In this document: positions 1 to 13,299 of the stretch, piece after piece
How positions within the stretch are numbered: the stretch's first letter is position 1
How the letters are laid out: every line of letters starts with the position of its first letter
Source: Camelus ferus
Lineage: Eukaryota
Length of the DNA: 64,000 nucleotides
Direction of reading: 5' to 3'
Assembly: GCF_009834535.1 (NCBI RefSeq)
Contig: NC_045697.1
Location: 64,916,001 to 64,980,000, forward strand
Position numbers and translations under genes: made by a program
The notes under the pieces: generated by a model
Seen by the model: only the letters and a program-made list of their open reading frames with translations
What the model was told of the DNA's origin: nothing
The model's database searches: none

Positions 1-2448
1 TTTCAGGTTTCAATGTACTAAAACCTTAAAACAACAATAATTAAACAAAGCTCTTATTCTATACAGCTTATTGTAATATTGAAGCCTGAAAATACAGTTA
101 AGAAGTGATAGTATGTTGCAGTGTTTTTGGCATTAACTTACTTAGGAATATATTTAATTTTCTACTAATCATGAATAATTTATGCCACATTAAGATGAGC
201 TTAAAAGGATATTTTTAAGATCTACTAATAACTGCTAAACTATCCTTAAGTTTAGCAAAGGTTAAAAAAAAAGAATGAGAAGAAAAGGCTTTTGAAAGAT
301 CGTCTTTGGGGGGAAAAAAAGGATGATATTATATTAAAACTTCAATTTTTATTTCCTATTGAAGGTTTTCCTTTTTTTTTCTGCCTTTCAGTTTCATCTG
401 GGATAATATACTCTGCAACAATGTTTGCATCTTGTAATACTGCATTTTGTCTATTGATTATAAGCATAAACTACTATGTAGAAAAGGTAGGAAGCAAAAT
501 TGTCACAGCATTTATGGTCTCAGGTATTTTTAAAGGAAGCTTAATTTTTTCTCTCCACAGGAAAAGTTATATTGACACGCACCTCCTGAACAGTAATATA
601 AAATTGCATTGATTTTTTCACCACGAGGAATGTCATTTTATTGGATTCATCTTTGACTTAGATTAAGCACACACAAATTAATAGAATTTAATGGAGCTAA
701 ATCCACCTTCATTTTTTTTGCCATTTTCTTTGTGTATGTATAATATGTTTTTATACTTTTCTTTTATAAATCATTTGCTTTTAAACAGATTTAAAGCCAA
801 TTTTACTTAGTCCATGCTGAGTGAGTTAAGGTGTTTCTCTAGAAGAGGCACCAGGCTATTTTAGTGATTGGTGTAAAACAAGTCTAAAGTAATAACATAG
901 GGTCTTTTAGAGAACAGAAGAAAATGTTCCTCAGTTCATTATTGTTGTTTTTATAATCTTGAGTTGCCAATAGAGTTGAGATTTGGATTTGGTTGGTGCA
1001 AGTGAATAAACAATCAGTTAAATCAAAGCACAAAGATGTTATTTTGCATTTTTGCAGCAGATAGTAAATTATTCAGAACCTAGCTCATCTAGCTATCAAA
1101 AATTTTACCGAGTAAAAAGGTGGGTTTGAATACCAATATATTATACAAAAGTAGAAAGAATTATGCCATTTAAATCATTAAATAGTGAAAATTGTAGGAG
1201 ATGTGGCATGCAAGTAAATAAAATACTAATTCCAACTTTAAGGATGATAACTATGTACTAGCTTAAGTTTTTAAAAATAAGCTAAAGATTTATATGATCA
1301 GAAGAGTACAGAGATTAAGCTTTTAGATGATATGCAATTGGATATCCTAGCCTTGCTCTGAGGAAAGAATCCCAATAAAAGAGAAGCATCTATTGTTGTT
1401 TTGTTTACATTTACTACAACTTGCAGTGAATAGAAGCTCTTGAGTTGGACACTAAAACAATACACATAGCTTATTTTAGAGAAGAAATACTTTCATAGGT
1501 TTAAAAAAAAAGATTAGCAACTTTGGGAAGACCTGATCTCTGGCTTCATTGTAAACGATTATTCATGTTCATAATTAGCAGGAGCTTTCTGACTTCTCTG
1601 TACATTTGCAACCTAGGAAAAATCCTTAATATATTATATTCAAATGAAGCAAAGTGTCCAATGAAAAATATGAGCAATACATTTATTTTAATGTATATTT
1701 TTCTACATGATCTATACATGAACTCATCTTCAAATTGCATTTGCAATTTGTTGTGTTTACAGCATTAACCGAAGTAGGATTATATTTAATTTTCTACTAA
1801 TCATGAGTAATTAAAGAGGGTAACTTTAGGAAAACTGATTTATTATTGAATAATTAAAGGGGTGACTTTAGAAAACTGATTTTTCTTACACACATTTGTT
1901 CTCTTGAAAAAACATGAATAAATAGGACACTGTAGGCAAACGCTTTTGTTCCCAATGGCAGTTCTTTTCAGGGCAAGTTTTATAGGGAAATTAATAGTCA
2001 TATTTCAGATTGATTATTTGGTCATTCCAATTTCATGAATTAAAAGGAATGTTTGGAAACACAGAAAAGAGTAGAAGTAGAAATGCATTTTATTTATACA
2101 TTTTTAAAAATAACAGTGTTCTAGAAATTCTTATATTGTTTTGTCCCTTAAGTGGGAGAGAGAAAAATTAGTAAAAATAGCTAAGTGAGAGAAGTTGAGA
2201 ATATTTCTTTGAAAGGATCCAATGGAGTCCAGTTACACTGAAATACATGGAATCAGGAATGTTTAGTGTAGTGTAGTCTGCATCCCATACTGTTCACTCT
2301 AAATTTGTAAATAATTTCAGAAACAAGAGTAAATATTGAAAATGGAGATAGATAATTTGAATATAATTTTTAGCGTTCTGTCATTTTGTGTATATTTACA
2401 TATATATTTAATTTTAAATGATAATTTTTTATTTTTGTTTTCTGTGTG

Positions 2449-2921
2449 TGTAGTTTAAGATTTTAAAAGATTTATGTAGAGAAGAAAAAGTACACCTCCA
2501 AGAATGGGAGGCAGGCTAATCTGAGGGAGGAAAAGTCATATTTTTTGTCTCCCCTTTCTCTTATACCCTTGCTTAGAGGTGGTCTTTTGATTGATTGATG
2601 GCTTTTGTTCCTGGAATGCTTAGTCATGTTTGGCCCCTTTTGTGCATGTCCTTACCCATGGTGTATGAATAAAAATCCATGAGTGGGGAGTTGGAGGCTA
2701 AACTGAAATGTTAATTATAATACAATGAACGTTGCTTTGTGTCTAGTTAAGTCCTTTCCGCAGTCTTGGCTCTTGGGTTTAACCGGTTTCTTTCTGGCAC
2801 TAATTTAGAAGAAATAGGCAAGTCCCTTTATGCTGGAGGTGGGCACAACCCCATCTTTCTGACCATCCTCCCTCTCCTCCATCTATCTGCCTGATGCCCC
2901 CACTTACCTAACTACCTAACA
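2449..2921 (-). mobile_element. ERV1-class 3' LTR
   Basis: Minus strand begins TGTTAGGTAGTTAGG right after a polypurine tract (AAAGAGAGGAAA, 2922-2933) and ends ...ACTACA; about 470 bp; adjoins pol/env remnants. Confidence 0.75.
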
Positions 2922-3825
2922 TTTCCTCTCTTTAGTCATAGGACCCCAAATCTTTGGGACAGAGAGGGTGATGACTGCTCTAGCTACTTCCTGCTGGACT
3001 GGGGCTAAGAGGGGGCTTGTTGGGATTCCTATACTAGCTGAGTATCATTGGGCAGTTGGTGAATGGAAGGTTGGTGTGTGTCGAGGGGACTCGTGTAGAG
3101 GCCGTCTTGACTGGTCAGTTGCCTTGTTGCATAACCATCTGAAGTTTGATCACCTTGGAGTGCTGCTTGAAAGGCAATCAAAGATCGATAATAGGTTTAC
3201 AAGAATACGTGGGATCCAAGATGTCTTGGGTACCAGGGTCCAGGTTTTTAATAGATTGATCTTCCTGGGTGAACTTCCAGGGCTTTACTTGGGTATGGTG
3301 TATCCAGCTGGCAGTCCCAGGAAACTTTACTGTAGTGAGGGAGGATATATGAAAAGGGTAAGGCCCTTTTCGAAGAAGTTGAAGCTTGGAGGATGGGGAG
3401 CCATCTTTCCAGACTTTGACCAACATCTCAGTGCCAGGGACATACAAAGGCGATTGTGTTGTCACCTGAGGTCTCGTGTTTTAGCCCAAATTTCCTCAGT
3501 GTGTTTTGGAAGAGCTTGGACATATGCCCCTAAAGAGGTGACTTTATTATCTGTTAGTGTTTTTGCCCGAATGAATGGCCTTCCACGAAGAGCTTCATTA
3601 GGACTAAAGCCCAGAGTTGCCTTTGGAGCTACCCTGGTTCATTAAAGATCTATTGGTATGGGCTCTTTCTTTGGGCAAGCTCCAAGGCTTGTGTTAAGGG
3701 CACTTATTTCAGCCAGTTGTTCTGAGATGCCGGTAGGTGATGGCTCAGCTTCTATAACCTTGTGGAGGTGCACGACCGAGTATCTGGCTCTACATCTTCC
3801 CTTTGTGACAAAGGATGATAACAAA
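2922..3825 (-). pseudogene. Degenerate ERV1 internal region: RNase H start, integrase C-terminal half, env C-terminal tail
   Basis: Minus-strand peptides SSFVTKGRCRARYSVV...SEQLAEISAL (RNase H-like, 3642-3824), RVAPKATLGFSPNEALRGRPF and KGPYP...TTVKFPGTASWIHHTQVKPW (integrase core end and GPY/F module), and QQEVARAVI (env tail-like) just before the PPT. Confidence 0.85.
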
Positions 3826-4575
3826 CAACTTTAAATTGTAGGGCTACTGATTCAATAAAATGTAGAATATATTTTTCATTAACTTCTCCATCAGTCTGTT
3901 ATTGAATATGTATTATGTATGGACATAATACATGCTTGAGTTATATTTACATATATGACAAATCCCTGCCTTCAAAGAAACCCTGAGTATATAAGCAATT
4001 GCCATGGAAACATGTAGTTTTATAGCAGGATGATATATGTGACAATAGAGGCAGGGACTACTATTGTTTTAGCCTAGAGGTGCTTAGGCTGCAGTTTATT
4101 GTTAGTATTAAGTGAATGTAGTTCCCTTTGTGTTTATTCTAGCCATTATTATAGACTTAGATATGACTACTCAGTTTTTAGCCTTTTAACTGAGATTTTG
4201 TTGTTGAGGTATTCTTCCTGCTAAGAACTAATATGACCATAGTGGTACTCCTTTTATATAAAAAAAGAGAAGGATCATATGACTTTTACATATTTGCATG
4301 CTTTTCTCCCCACAAAACTATAAGCCTTTTTTATTTTGTTGTTGATATTGTTTTGTGTGATTATGTGTTTGCTGTTGTGCATGCGCCCCAATTTTGTAGC
4401 TTCAAGGCCCAGTACAGTGCCTGGCATGCATATACATCAAGGACTGATTTGTAACACACAGTATGCTGAGAAAATTAGTGATCAGTTGTACCTATGAGAT
4501 TGGTTTTAAAACAAACAGTTTTACAAAGAAAGTTAGGATGTCCACTCTCTTACTTTCCTTTCCCTTTGTCTCTCT

Positions 4576-4578
<3 letters not shown>

Positions 4579-4616
<38 letters not shown>
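4579..4616. repeat. (GT)19 microsatellite
   Basis: Perfect GT run seen directly. Confidence 0.97.
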
Positions 4617-4618
<2 letters not shown>

Positions 4619-6499
4619 TTCTGTTAGATAGGTGAAGTATCTGATACTTAGGAAGCAGGTAAGGCAGAGAAAACACTGGTACTACCTCACAGCCTATTCA
4701 TTTTAGGTCAGTTACAGTTTCTAATTTCCATTCAAATGGGAAATCCTGCAAATCATCCCTTACCTTCTACTCTTTAGGCCATATTGACTTTCTGACTCTA
4801 TGGTGTAAATGATTGACTGGAGCTTAAATGTTCTTTATTATGGCCTTGGTCTAAAACAATCTAATATGGAACAATCACTGCACAAGCTAACACAGGAGGG
4901 AATCTTGATTCAATAACCCATGCCCAAGAATTCAGAGCTAGTTGATGTGTGGGACACAGGTGGGGGAGATAGTCAGGGGACAAGACTAAAAGGAGACAAG
5001 GAGACATGTAGAATTGAAAAGGCAAATATCCAGTTTAGGAAGCACTTGGTTTCTGAAGGTGAGGACTCATGAAAATTGGTGTAAACTAGGTAGCCTACTA
5101 GCAAGGCTGCAAGGACTTGTAGAATCAGTTTATCATAAGATCTCCTTGCTTCCTAAACACGTTCTAAGAGACCAAGCACAATTCAAAAGTACCCATCTAG
5201 TCAAGGTGTTGCAAATGACTTTTGCTATCACTGAATTAAACTGAGTAAGATCCTGCAGACTTTGGTCCTTGGTTTTTCCCTTTAAAAATGATGTAAGTTT
5301 TGGTGTAGCCTCTACTAGGATTAAGAATGCCAAAGTCTTAAAGCTGATGGAATAAGAACAATGATCCTCCTGCAAACAGAATGTTCTACTCCCTTTCAAG
5401 TTCTTCAGAGGAGCAGAGATCTTGGAGCAGAAGAGAAGGTTCTCCAGGACTTTCTTACCTTCAGTTAGGCTGGGAAATAAAGACCAATTATAAGTTTATG
5501 TATCCCAAAGAGAAGCTCCATCCTGGCCTCAAAACTTGTATTCCTGAGCCAGCCTTGGTGCAGTATTGTTTTTGTTTTTTCTTTTCAAACAAATATGAAA
5601 AAACTGACTGTTTCTTTGAAATTCACCCTTAAATATCCCTAGCAACCCATAGAAATGAAACATATTAGAAATGATAAATTATGTTAACTTTACCCTTAAA
5701 AGTAAATTAAATGAACTTTAAAGTACTTGACTTTCTTAATTCAGATAATGTTTGAAAAGTTAAAAGTATATCATTTTATTTTCTCTACCTGATGAAATTT
5801 TTTAAAAAATTTGATATTCATGAATGTTAGAATCAAGAATATGAGTAAAAATGGGACATTTTATTTAGACTGTCCTAGGTTTTTCCCTTTCATGTTTCTT
5901 AATACATTTATTTTAGCCATGAATTATTGCACATTAATGGTTCTATTTCATTTACACATTTAGAATGATAATGTTGAACATTTTAACATAGAATTAATCC
6001 AATTTAACAGTTATTCTATTTAATACTAATCTCATATTCATGTTCCTTAAAGTAGTGTATATTGTATAATAATAGGAAATTTTAAAAATTATAACCTCTT
6101 CCATCCACAGATTTATAATTTAGTTAGGAACTTTATGTAATTGACTTAACTACACTTTTTGAACTTAGAATTTATAGTACTTCCAACTGATATAAATGCT
6201 ACTCAGACTCTCTTGATCCTCATTTCAATTGTGTGAACATTTCCTGAAAAATTGTATTGGGGAAAAATTCCTTTTCTTATTTTATATCATGAATCACCTT
6301 TCAGATGGATTCCAATGTCTGTTGATTAGCTCACTTGAGGAGACTTTTTTCTCAACCAAAAAGCAATGAAATTATATCCATTTGAAACTTGAAATCACTT
6401 GAAAAGAGAACAGTATTTGTAAATCTTAGAATTAAAAAGAAATAGTTTGTAAAGAAAAGTGCTAGCATTGGACTAATTTCAAATGAAGGAAGATTCAAG

Positions 6500-7022
6500 T
6501 GTTAGACAAAATAATGACTCCCAAATATATCCACTTCCTAATCTCTAGAACCTACAAGTATATTACCTGAAATGGCAAGAATGATTTTAGACATGGAATG
6601 TGAGGATATTAAAATGGGGAAATTATCCCAGTTTATCTGGGTGTGCCCAGTGTAATCACAGGGTCCTTATAAGTGAAAGAGGGAGGGAGGCAACAGAGGC
6701 AGAAAAAGAGACGGGATAATGGAAGCAGAGGTTGGAGTACTTGTTTTGAAGGTGGAAAAGTCTATGAACCAAGGAATGTAAGGTGCCTTTCAAAGTTGTA
6801 AAAGTTGAGGAACAAATTCTGTCCTAAAAAGACAGAAAAGGAACAAATTCTGTCCTAAAAAGCCTCCAAAGGAAATGTAGCCCTCTGGACACCTTGACTT
6901 CAGTGGCATAAGACCATTCTGGATTTCTGACCAGTAGAAGTATAACGAATAAATTTATGTTATTTTAAGACAGTCGATTTTTGAAGTTTGTTTCAGCACA
7001 GCAGCAGTAGGAAACTAACGCA
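6500..7022 (+). mobile_element. MaLR solo LTR (MLT1D-like)
   Basis: TG...CA ends; MLT1-typical motifs AATAATGACTCCCAAA, GTAATCACAGGGTCCTTATAAGTGAAAGAGGGAGG, AATAAATTT...GCAGTAGGAAACTAA. Confidence 0.85.
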
Positions 7023-8724
7023 TTTCTTTAAAATAAAAGGGGGGAGGGGTAGGAGTTGTTGAGCACTTATGTCTCAGCAATTGCCAAAAAGATACAGTCA
7101 TGAATTCTCATCCATTTCTTTTCTTAATCTATTGAATATCATTACCAAATATAATAATATGTCTCTCACTAGCATCAGACATGTACTTAGGCTTTACCCA
7201 TTTAGGAGTACTGCTCCAAAATATTTACTTTTCTCTCTATGCTGGATGGCAATTCCAGGGGAGTGTGATTATGTATAATTTATTATTATCCTGAACTTTG
7301 ATCCAGCTTATAGATCCTAAAATTTTCAGCACTTTTTCATAACAAGCCAAATAGACCACTTTTTGCAAAAGTAATATAATGACAAATATTGAATTATATA
7401 TGACAACTTTTATAAAAAGGAGAGATTTATGGACTGGAATGGCCAGGAAGAATTTCTAGAGAACATTGGCCTTAGCAAAACAAGATACATGTAAACAGAG
7501 TTATGGCGAGGGGAGGGGCAGAGAACATTTCAGGCAGACAAAACCTATTTCTGGTTGAGAAACTCATAGCTTGTATTTAGAATATTTTCATAGTGGTGGG
7601 AGTGGGGGTTCAGAACAAGATGGCAGAGTAAGAGGATGTGCATCTCACCACTCCCCCCATAAACACATCAGAATACACTTACATGTGGACCAATTCTCAC
7701 TGAAAACTAACTGGAAACTAGCAGGAGAACTCCTGAACAACCAAGACTATGAGAAAGATACACACAGATTTGGGTAAGAAAGGAAGAAAAGTGATCAGGT
7801 CCGGACTTAGAGGAAAAGGGAGATTACACATGGAGATCCTCCTTGTGGAGTGAGTGGTTCCAGCCACAGATTGGGCATGCCAATCTTGGGGTCCTGCATT
7901 CGGGAGACAAGCCCCTTTGTCTGATTGGGGGACTGCTTACAGAAAGGTTGTGGAAAGCTGCTTGTGAGGCAGGGGACAGAGGTCTGCTCTAGTGGCTGCT
8001 GCATGTCCTGCAACTGCTTCACCAAGCCCCAGCCCAAGCCGAGCAAATGTTCCTGCAAACGTCACAGGTCGGCACTGGTCCTAGGGTGGCCATGACCAGG
8101 GAAAATAAATGGGACACAGAGGTATCCCTGGGACACCAGAGGACCCTGGTGACCTGGTCCTGCACTGGAGCCTGGGTGAGGTGGCAGCAGCTTCATTGTT
8201 GGTGCTTACTCAAGCAGTGCCTCAGGAGCAGCTCAGGTCTCCGAAGGTGACCACTGTACCACAGCTCAGCCTTAATGTATAGTGAGGATGAGAGGCTGTG
8301 TGTGCCCCACCTGCCCTGTGTAGTGATTCCACAACAGGGCAGGAATAGTGGAGGCATGGGGCATTAAAATACAAAAAAATTTGTAAAAGTATCTAAAACT
8401 ACAGTAAGCAATTAATTAAGGGATAAGTATGAAGATATAAATATGACATCAGAAACAAAAAATGTGGATTGGAGGGGTTTAAAAAAAGTAGATCTTTTAG
8501 AATATGTTTGAACTTAAATGACTGCCAGTTTAAATAATTATAGGTCAGCATACATGAACCCCATGGTAACCACAAATCAAAAACTTGGTCATAGACACAC
8601 AAAACCTAGAAAGATAGCAACAGAATCATGCTACTAAAGAAAATCATCAAACCACAAGGGAAGAAACAAAATGAAGAAGAAATGAATAGAGAAGAATTAC
8701 TAAAATGACAAAACAAGTAATAAA

Positions 8725-9550
8725 GTGGCAATAATGACATACCTATAATAATGACTTTAATGCCATTGGACTGAATGCTCCAATCAAAAGACATGAAGTG
8801 ACTGATTGGATTAAAAAGCAAAAAAAGGCCCTTCCATTTGCTGCCTGTAGGAAACTTTCTACAAAGCTAAAGACACAAACAAAACATTAGGGAATGGAAA
8901 ATATATTTCATGCAAACAGAAACAACAAGAAAGCAGACATAGCAATATTCCTATCAGACAAAATAGACTTTAAAACAAAGACTATTTTAAAAGTCAAAGA
9001 AAGGTAATGATAACGAGATCAATACAAGAAAAAGATACTACTTTTGTTAACATATATGTATCTAATACTGGAGCATCTGAATATATAAAACAAGTACTAA
9101 TGGACGTAATAGGAGAAATTGACAATAATATAATGATAGTAGGGGACTTTAACACCCCATTTACATCAATGGACAGATCATCCAGATGAAAAATTCAGTA
9201 AGGCAATAGTGGTTTTAAATATCACAACAGACCAGTTGGACTTAATGGATATCTACAGGACATTACATCCTCAAACAGCAGAATACACATTCTTTTCAAG
9301 TGCACATGGAACATTCCTCAGGATAGGTCTCATGCTAGGCCAAAGAAAAAGTATTAACAAACTTAAGAGGATAGAAATTGTATCAATAGCTTTTTTTCTG
9401 ATCATAATGGTATGAAACTAGAAATCAGTTACACAAGAAAAAAATGTGAAAAAAACATGCATGAGCTACTGAAAAACCAACGATTACATGAAGAAATCAA
9501 GGAGGAAATCAAAACACCCTGAGACAAATGAAAATGGAAACACAACACTA

Positions 9551-9586
<36 letters not shown>

Positions 9587-11884
9587 ACTACATCAGAGTC
9601 AAGAAAGCAGTTCTGTGAGGGAAGTTTATATGATATAGGCCTTCCTCAAGAAACAAGAAAAATGTTAAACACCTAATATACTATCTAAAAAAATTAGAGA
9701 AGGAAGCAGAAAGCCCAAAATCAGCAGAAGGAAGGAAATAAGAAAGATCAGAGTAGAAATAAATACAATAGAGATTAAGAATAGAAAAGATCAGTGAAAC
9801 CAAGAACTGTTTTTTTAAAGATAAAATTGATAAACCTTTACCCAGGCTTACCAAGAAAAAAAGAGAGAGGACCCAAATAAAATAAATGAAAGAGGAGAAA
9901 TAACAATCAATACCACAGAGACACAAAAGATCATGAGACTACTAGGAACAGTTATATGCCAACAAATTTGACAACCTAGAAGAATTGGATAAATTTCTAG
10001 AAACATGTAACCTACCAAGACTGAGTCAGGAAGAGACAGTTTGAACAGACTGATCACAGTAGTGAAATTGTAATTAAAAACAAAACAAACAAAAAACTTG
10101 CAGTGACCTTAAGTCCAGGACTGATGGCTTCAAAAGGAATTCTGCCATACCTGTAAAGAAGAGCTAATACCTATCCTTCTCAACTATTCCAGAATACTGC
10201 AGAGGCCAGGTCACTACCAGATTCATCCTACAAGGCCACCACTACCCTGATACCAAAATGAGACAAAAACCCTGCAAAGCAAGAAAATTACAGGCCAATA
10301 TCTTTGATGAATATAGATACAAAAATCCTCAACAAAATGTTAGTCAACCAAATGTAACAATGTATAAAAAGGATCGTACACCAAGGACACATTGGATTTA
10401 TCCCAGGGATGCAAAGCTGGTTCAATATCTGCAAATTAATCAATGTGATACACCATATTAACAAAAGGAAGGATAAAAATCACATGATCATCTCAAAAGA
10501 CACAGAAAATCATGGGGAAAATTCAACATCTGTTTATGGTGAAAACTGTCATTAAAGTTTGTATGGAGGGAGCACATCTCCACAGAATAAAGTCCATTTA
10601 TGACAAGCACAGTCAATATCTTATTTAAAAGTGAAAAGCTGAAGCCTTTCCTCTAAACTAAGGAACATGACAAAGATGCCTACTCTCGTCACTTTGATTT
10701 AACATAGTCTTGGAAGTTCTATACACAGCAATCAGACAAGATAAAGTAATAGTAAGTATCTGTATTTGAAGGGAAGAAGTAAAGCTGTCACTATTTGCAG
10801 ATGACATGCTTTATATAGAAAACCCTGAAGTCTCTACCCAGAAACTATTAGAACTAATAAATGAATTCAGCATCCTTGTAGGATATAAGATTAATATACA
10901 GAAATATGTTGCTTTTCTATACAATGATAATGAATTATTAGAAAGAGAAACTTAAAAAACTGTTTAAAGGTGCATCAAAAAGAATAAAATACCTAGAAAT
11001 AACTAAGGAGATGAAAGACTTATACTCTGAAAGGGAGGGAAATTGAAAATGATAAAGAGAAATGGTAATATATCCTGTGCTTTTGGGTTGGAAGAATTAA
11101 TATTGTTAAAATGGCCATGCCTAAGCCAAATCTATCTACAGATTTGAACTAAAACATGTAATTCTAAAATTCATATGGAACCACAAAATACTCTGAATTG
11201 CCAAAGCAATCTTGAGAACAAAGGTGGAGGTATCACCTTCTCAGACTTCAGATTATAGTGCAAAGCTACAATAGTCAAAACAGCATGGTTCTGGTTCTGT
11301 CACAAAAACAGATGCATAGATCAATGATACAAAATAGAAAGCCTAGGAGTGACCCCACTCCTCTATGACAAAGGAGGCCAAAATATACAATGGAAAAAAG
11401 AGAGTCTCTTCATGAAGTGGTGCTGGTTAAAGTGGACGGCTACTTGTAAAAGAATGAGATGAGAACATTTCCTCACACCATATACAAAAATAAACTGAAT
11501 GGATTAAAGATCTAAATGTAAGATCTCAAATCATAAAAACTCCTAGAAGATAACATAGGCAGAACACTCCGTGACATAAATCATAGCAATATTTTTTTGG
11601 ATCTGTCTCCTAAGGCAATAGAAATATAAGCAAAAATAAACAAGCAGGACCTAGTTAAGCTTAAAAACTTTGCACAGCAAAGGAAACCATCAACAGAGCA
11701 AAAACAACCTATGAGTTGGGAGAAAATATTTGCACATGATACGACTGACAAGGGGTTAATATCCAAAATATATAAGCAGCTCATACAACTCAATATAAAA
11801 GTAACCTAATCAAAATGGGCAGAAGACTTGAATAGACATTTTTCCAAAGAAGACATAGAGATGGCTAACAGGCACATGAGAAAG
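8725..11884 (+). pseudogene. L1 ORF2 (endonuclease + reverse transcriptase), many stops and frameshifts
   Basis: Endonuclease motifs GLNAPIKRH, IVGDFNTP, YTFFSSAHGTF; RT motif LFADDM at 10791-10808. Confidence 0.92.
9552..9584. repeat. (AAC)11 microsatellite inside L1 ORF2
   Basis: Perfect trinucleotide run; explains the poly-Q in ORF 9488-9676. Confidence 0.95.
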
Positions 11885-13299
11885 TATATGAAAATCAGAT
11901 CTTACTAATACCAGTTCTCTGATTTTATTTAGTAATTTAAGAGCACTTATTGCCAAACAACAAATGACATTTGAAAGAAGAAACAGAGCATAGGGATCTG
12001 AAGGGGGGAAAGTGGCAAATGTTCTCTAGATATGCCTATCTAGTTATCTTCCTTCTGGCTACTTATGTTGTGTTGTTTAGTATCTCTCTTATTGTGCCTT
12101 TCCAAGTAGTTTTCTATCCCCACTGGCCTTCTTGAGATGCCCTAGAACATGACCTTTTCTTCTGTATAGTCCATATTGTTTTTCTTAATTATTTAATTTA
12201 AATTGTTCTAAGAATTCCTCAGATTATGTTGGAGTTTTAAAAATTTCCATGTTTAGCCTTTGGACAACTAAAATTCTGCACAATTGATTTGGAGGAGATA
12301 CCTGCTGTTATAATGTCTTTTAACACATTTAAACATAAATGTGAGGGGTTTTCTGTTTTTTTAATCAGTGCTGTTATGTAGTCTAGAATCAAGTTTGAGA
12401 ACTGTATGTATCTCTTGCTTTTAATCTTTTTTCTTTTTTACTTGATCATCTTTGTGGACTTTATTATTTCTTGATATCTATATTTGGGAAAAAGCACAAT
12501 AAATAAATTGATGTTGAGTTCTCAAACTAGGCCCTTCTTGTGACTTCAATAAAGGGTTTTGGTGGAAGAGCAATTATATGATTCTTAGAAAAATTCATGA
12601 ATTTCAGTTTACAATATTTGCTTTTTACCCCACACTAGGGTAAGGAAATGAATGAAGAATTTAATGATAGGTGTAATAACATTTAAAAATGGAAAAAGAT
12701 AAACTGATGAGATAGGAGTTGTAGAAGAACAAAGAAGGAAAAATTGTTTTCTGACTGATTCCTCCCATATAACACTGTAGTATCACTTAGTCATCTTCTT
12801 GCTATTATATTTACCAGTATTGCAGAGTTACTAAGTATATTGAAAGTGATGCTTTCAATGTGAATGTTTGATTCCATTAAGCCTAAAAACTAACTTCTGG
12901 AATATTTTTAATCTGATTTTGAAAAGCAATCCATAACCTCTTGGAAGTAGTATATTACTACACTAGTAGTCTTAAAAGTTGAAAAGACTTTAGAGTAAAA
13001 TATCAGATAGACCCTCTTCCAACTCAGTTTCCATGGCATTTGCATAAGAGATTGTTCCCTTCTGGGGGAATTTTTTCTCTGTTTTGGGTCATGTTTTAGC
13101 CAGTGCCCATTTGAAGGCAAAGTACAGATACACAGTAAGACCAGTACCAGTAGAAAGAGGACACAGTTCAGTTGTAACTCAAGAAAAGAAAACATAACTG
13201 TACACCACAAGGACTGGAGATGAGCCATGATGCATTTTTCTTTTTCCTGTGGATCAACATGGATGCTAATCTCTGCTTCTTTGGGCAAATCAGTGTGGT

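Larger units (their letters stand above)
7604..11884 (+). mobile_element. Old L1: 5'UTR + inter-ORF spacer + decayed ORF2; ORF1 and 3' end missing
   Basis: G-run followed by CAAGATGGC (YY1-type L1 start) at 7604-7624; GC-richer UTR to about 8360; A-rich spacer; then ORF2 homology until ...CAGGCACATGAGAAAG. Confidence 0.9.

Noticed and set aside
2968..3645. 225-aa ORF on +
   Set aside because: Antisense shadow of ERV pol/env remnants; non-ATG start; no recognisable protein.
9488..9676. Poly-Q ORF
   Set aside because: Artefact of an (AAC)11 microsatellite within decayed L1 ORF2.
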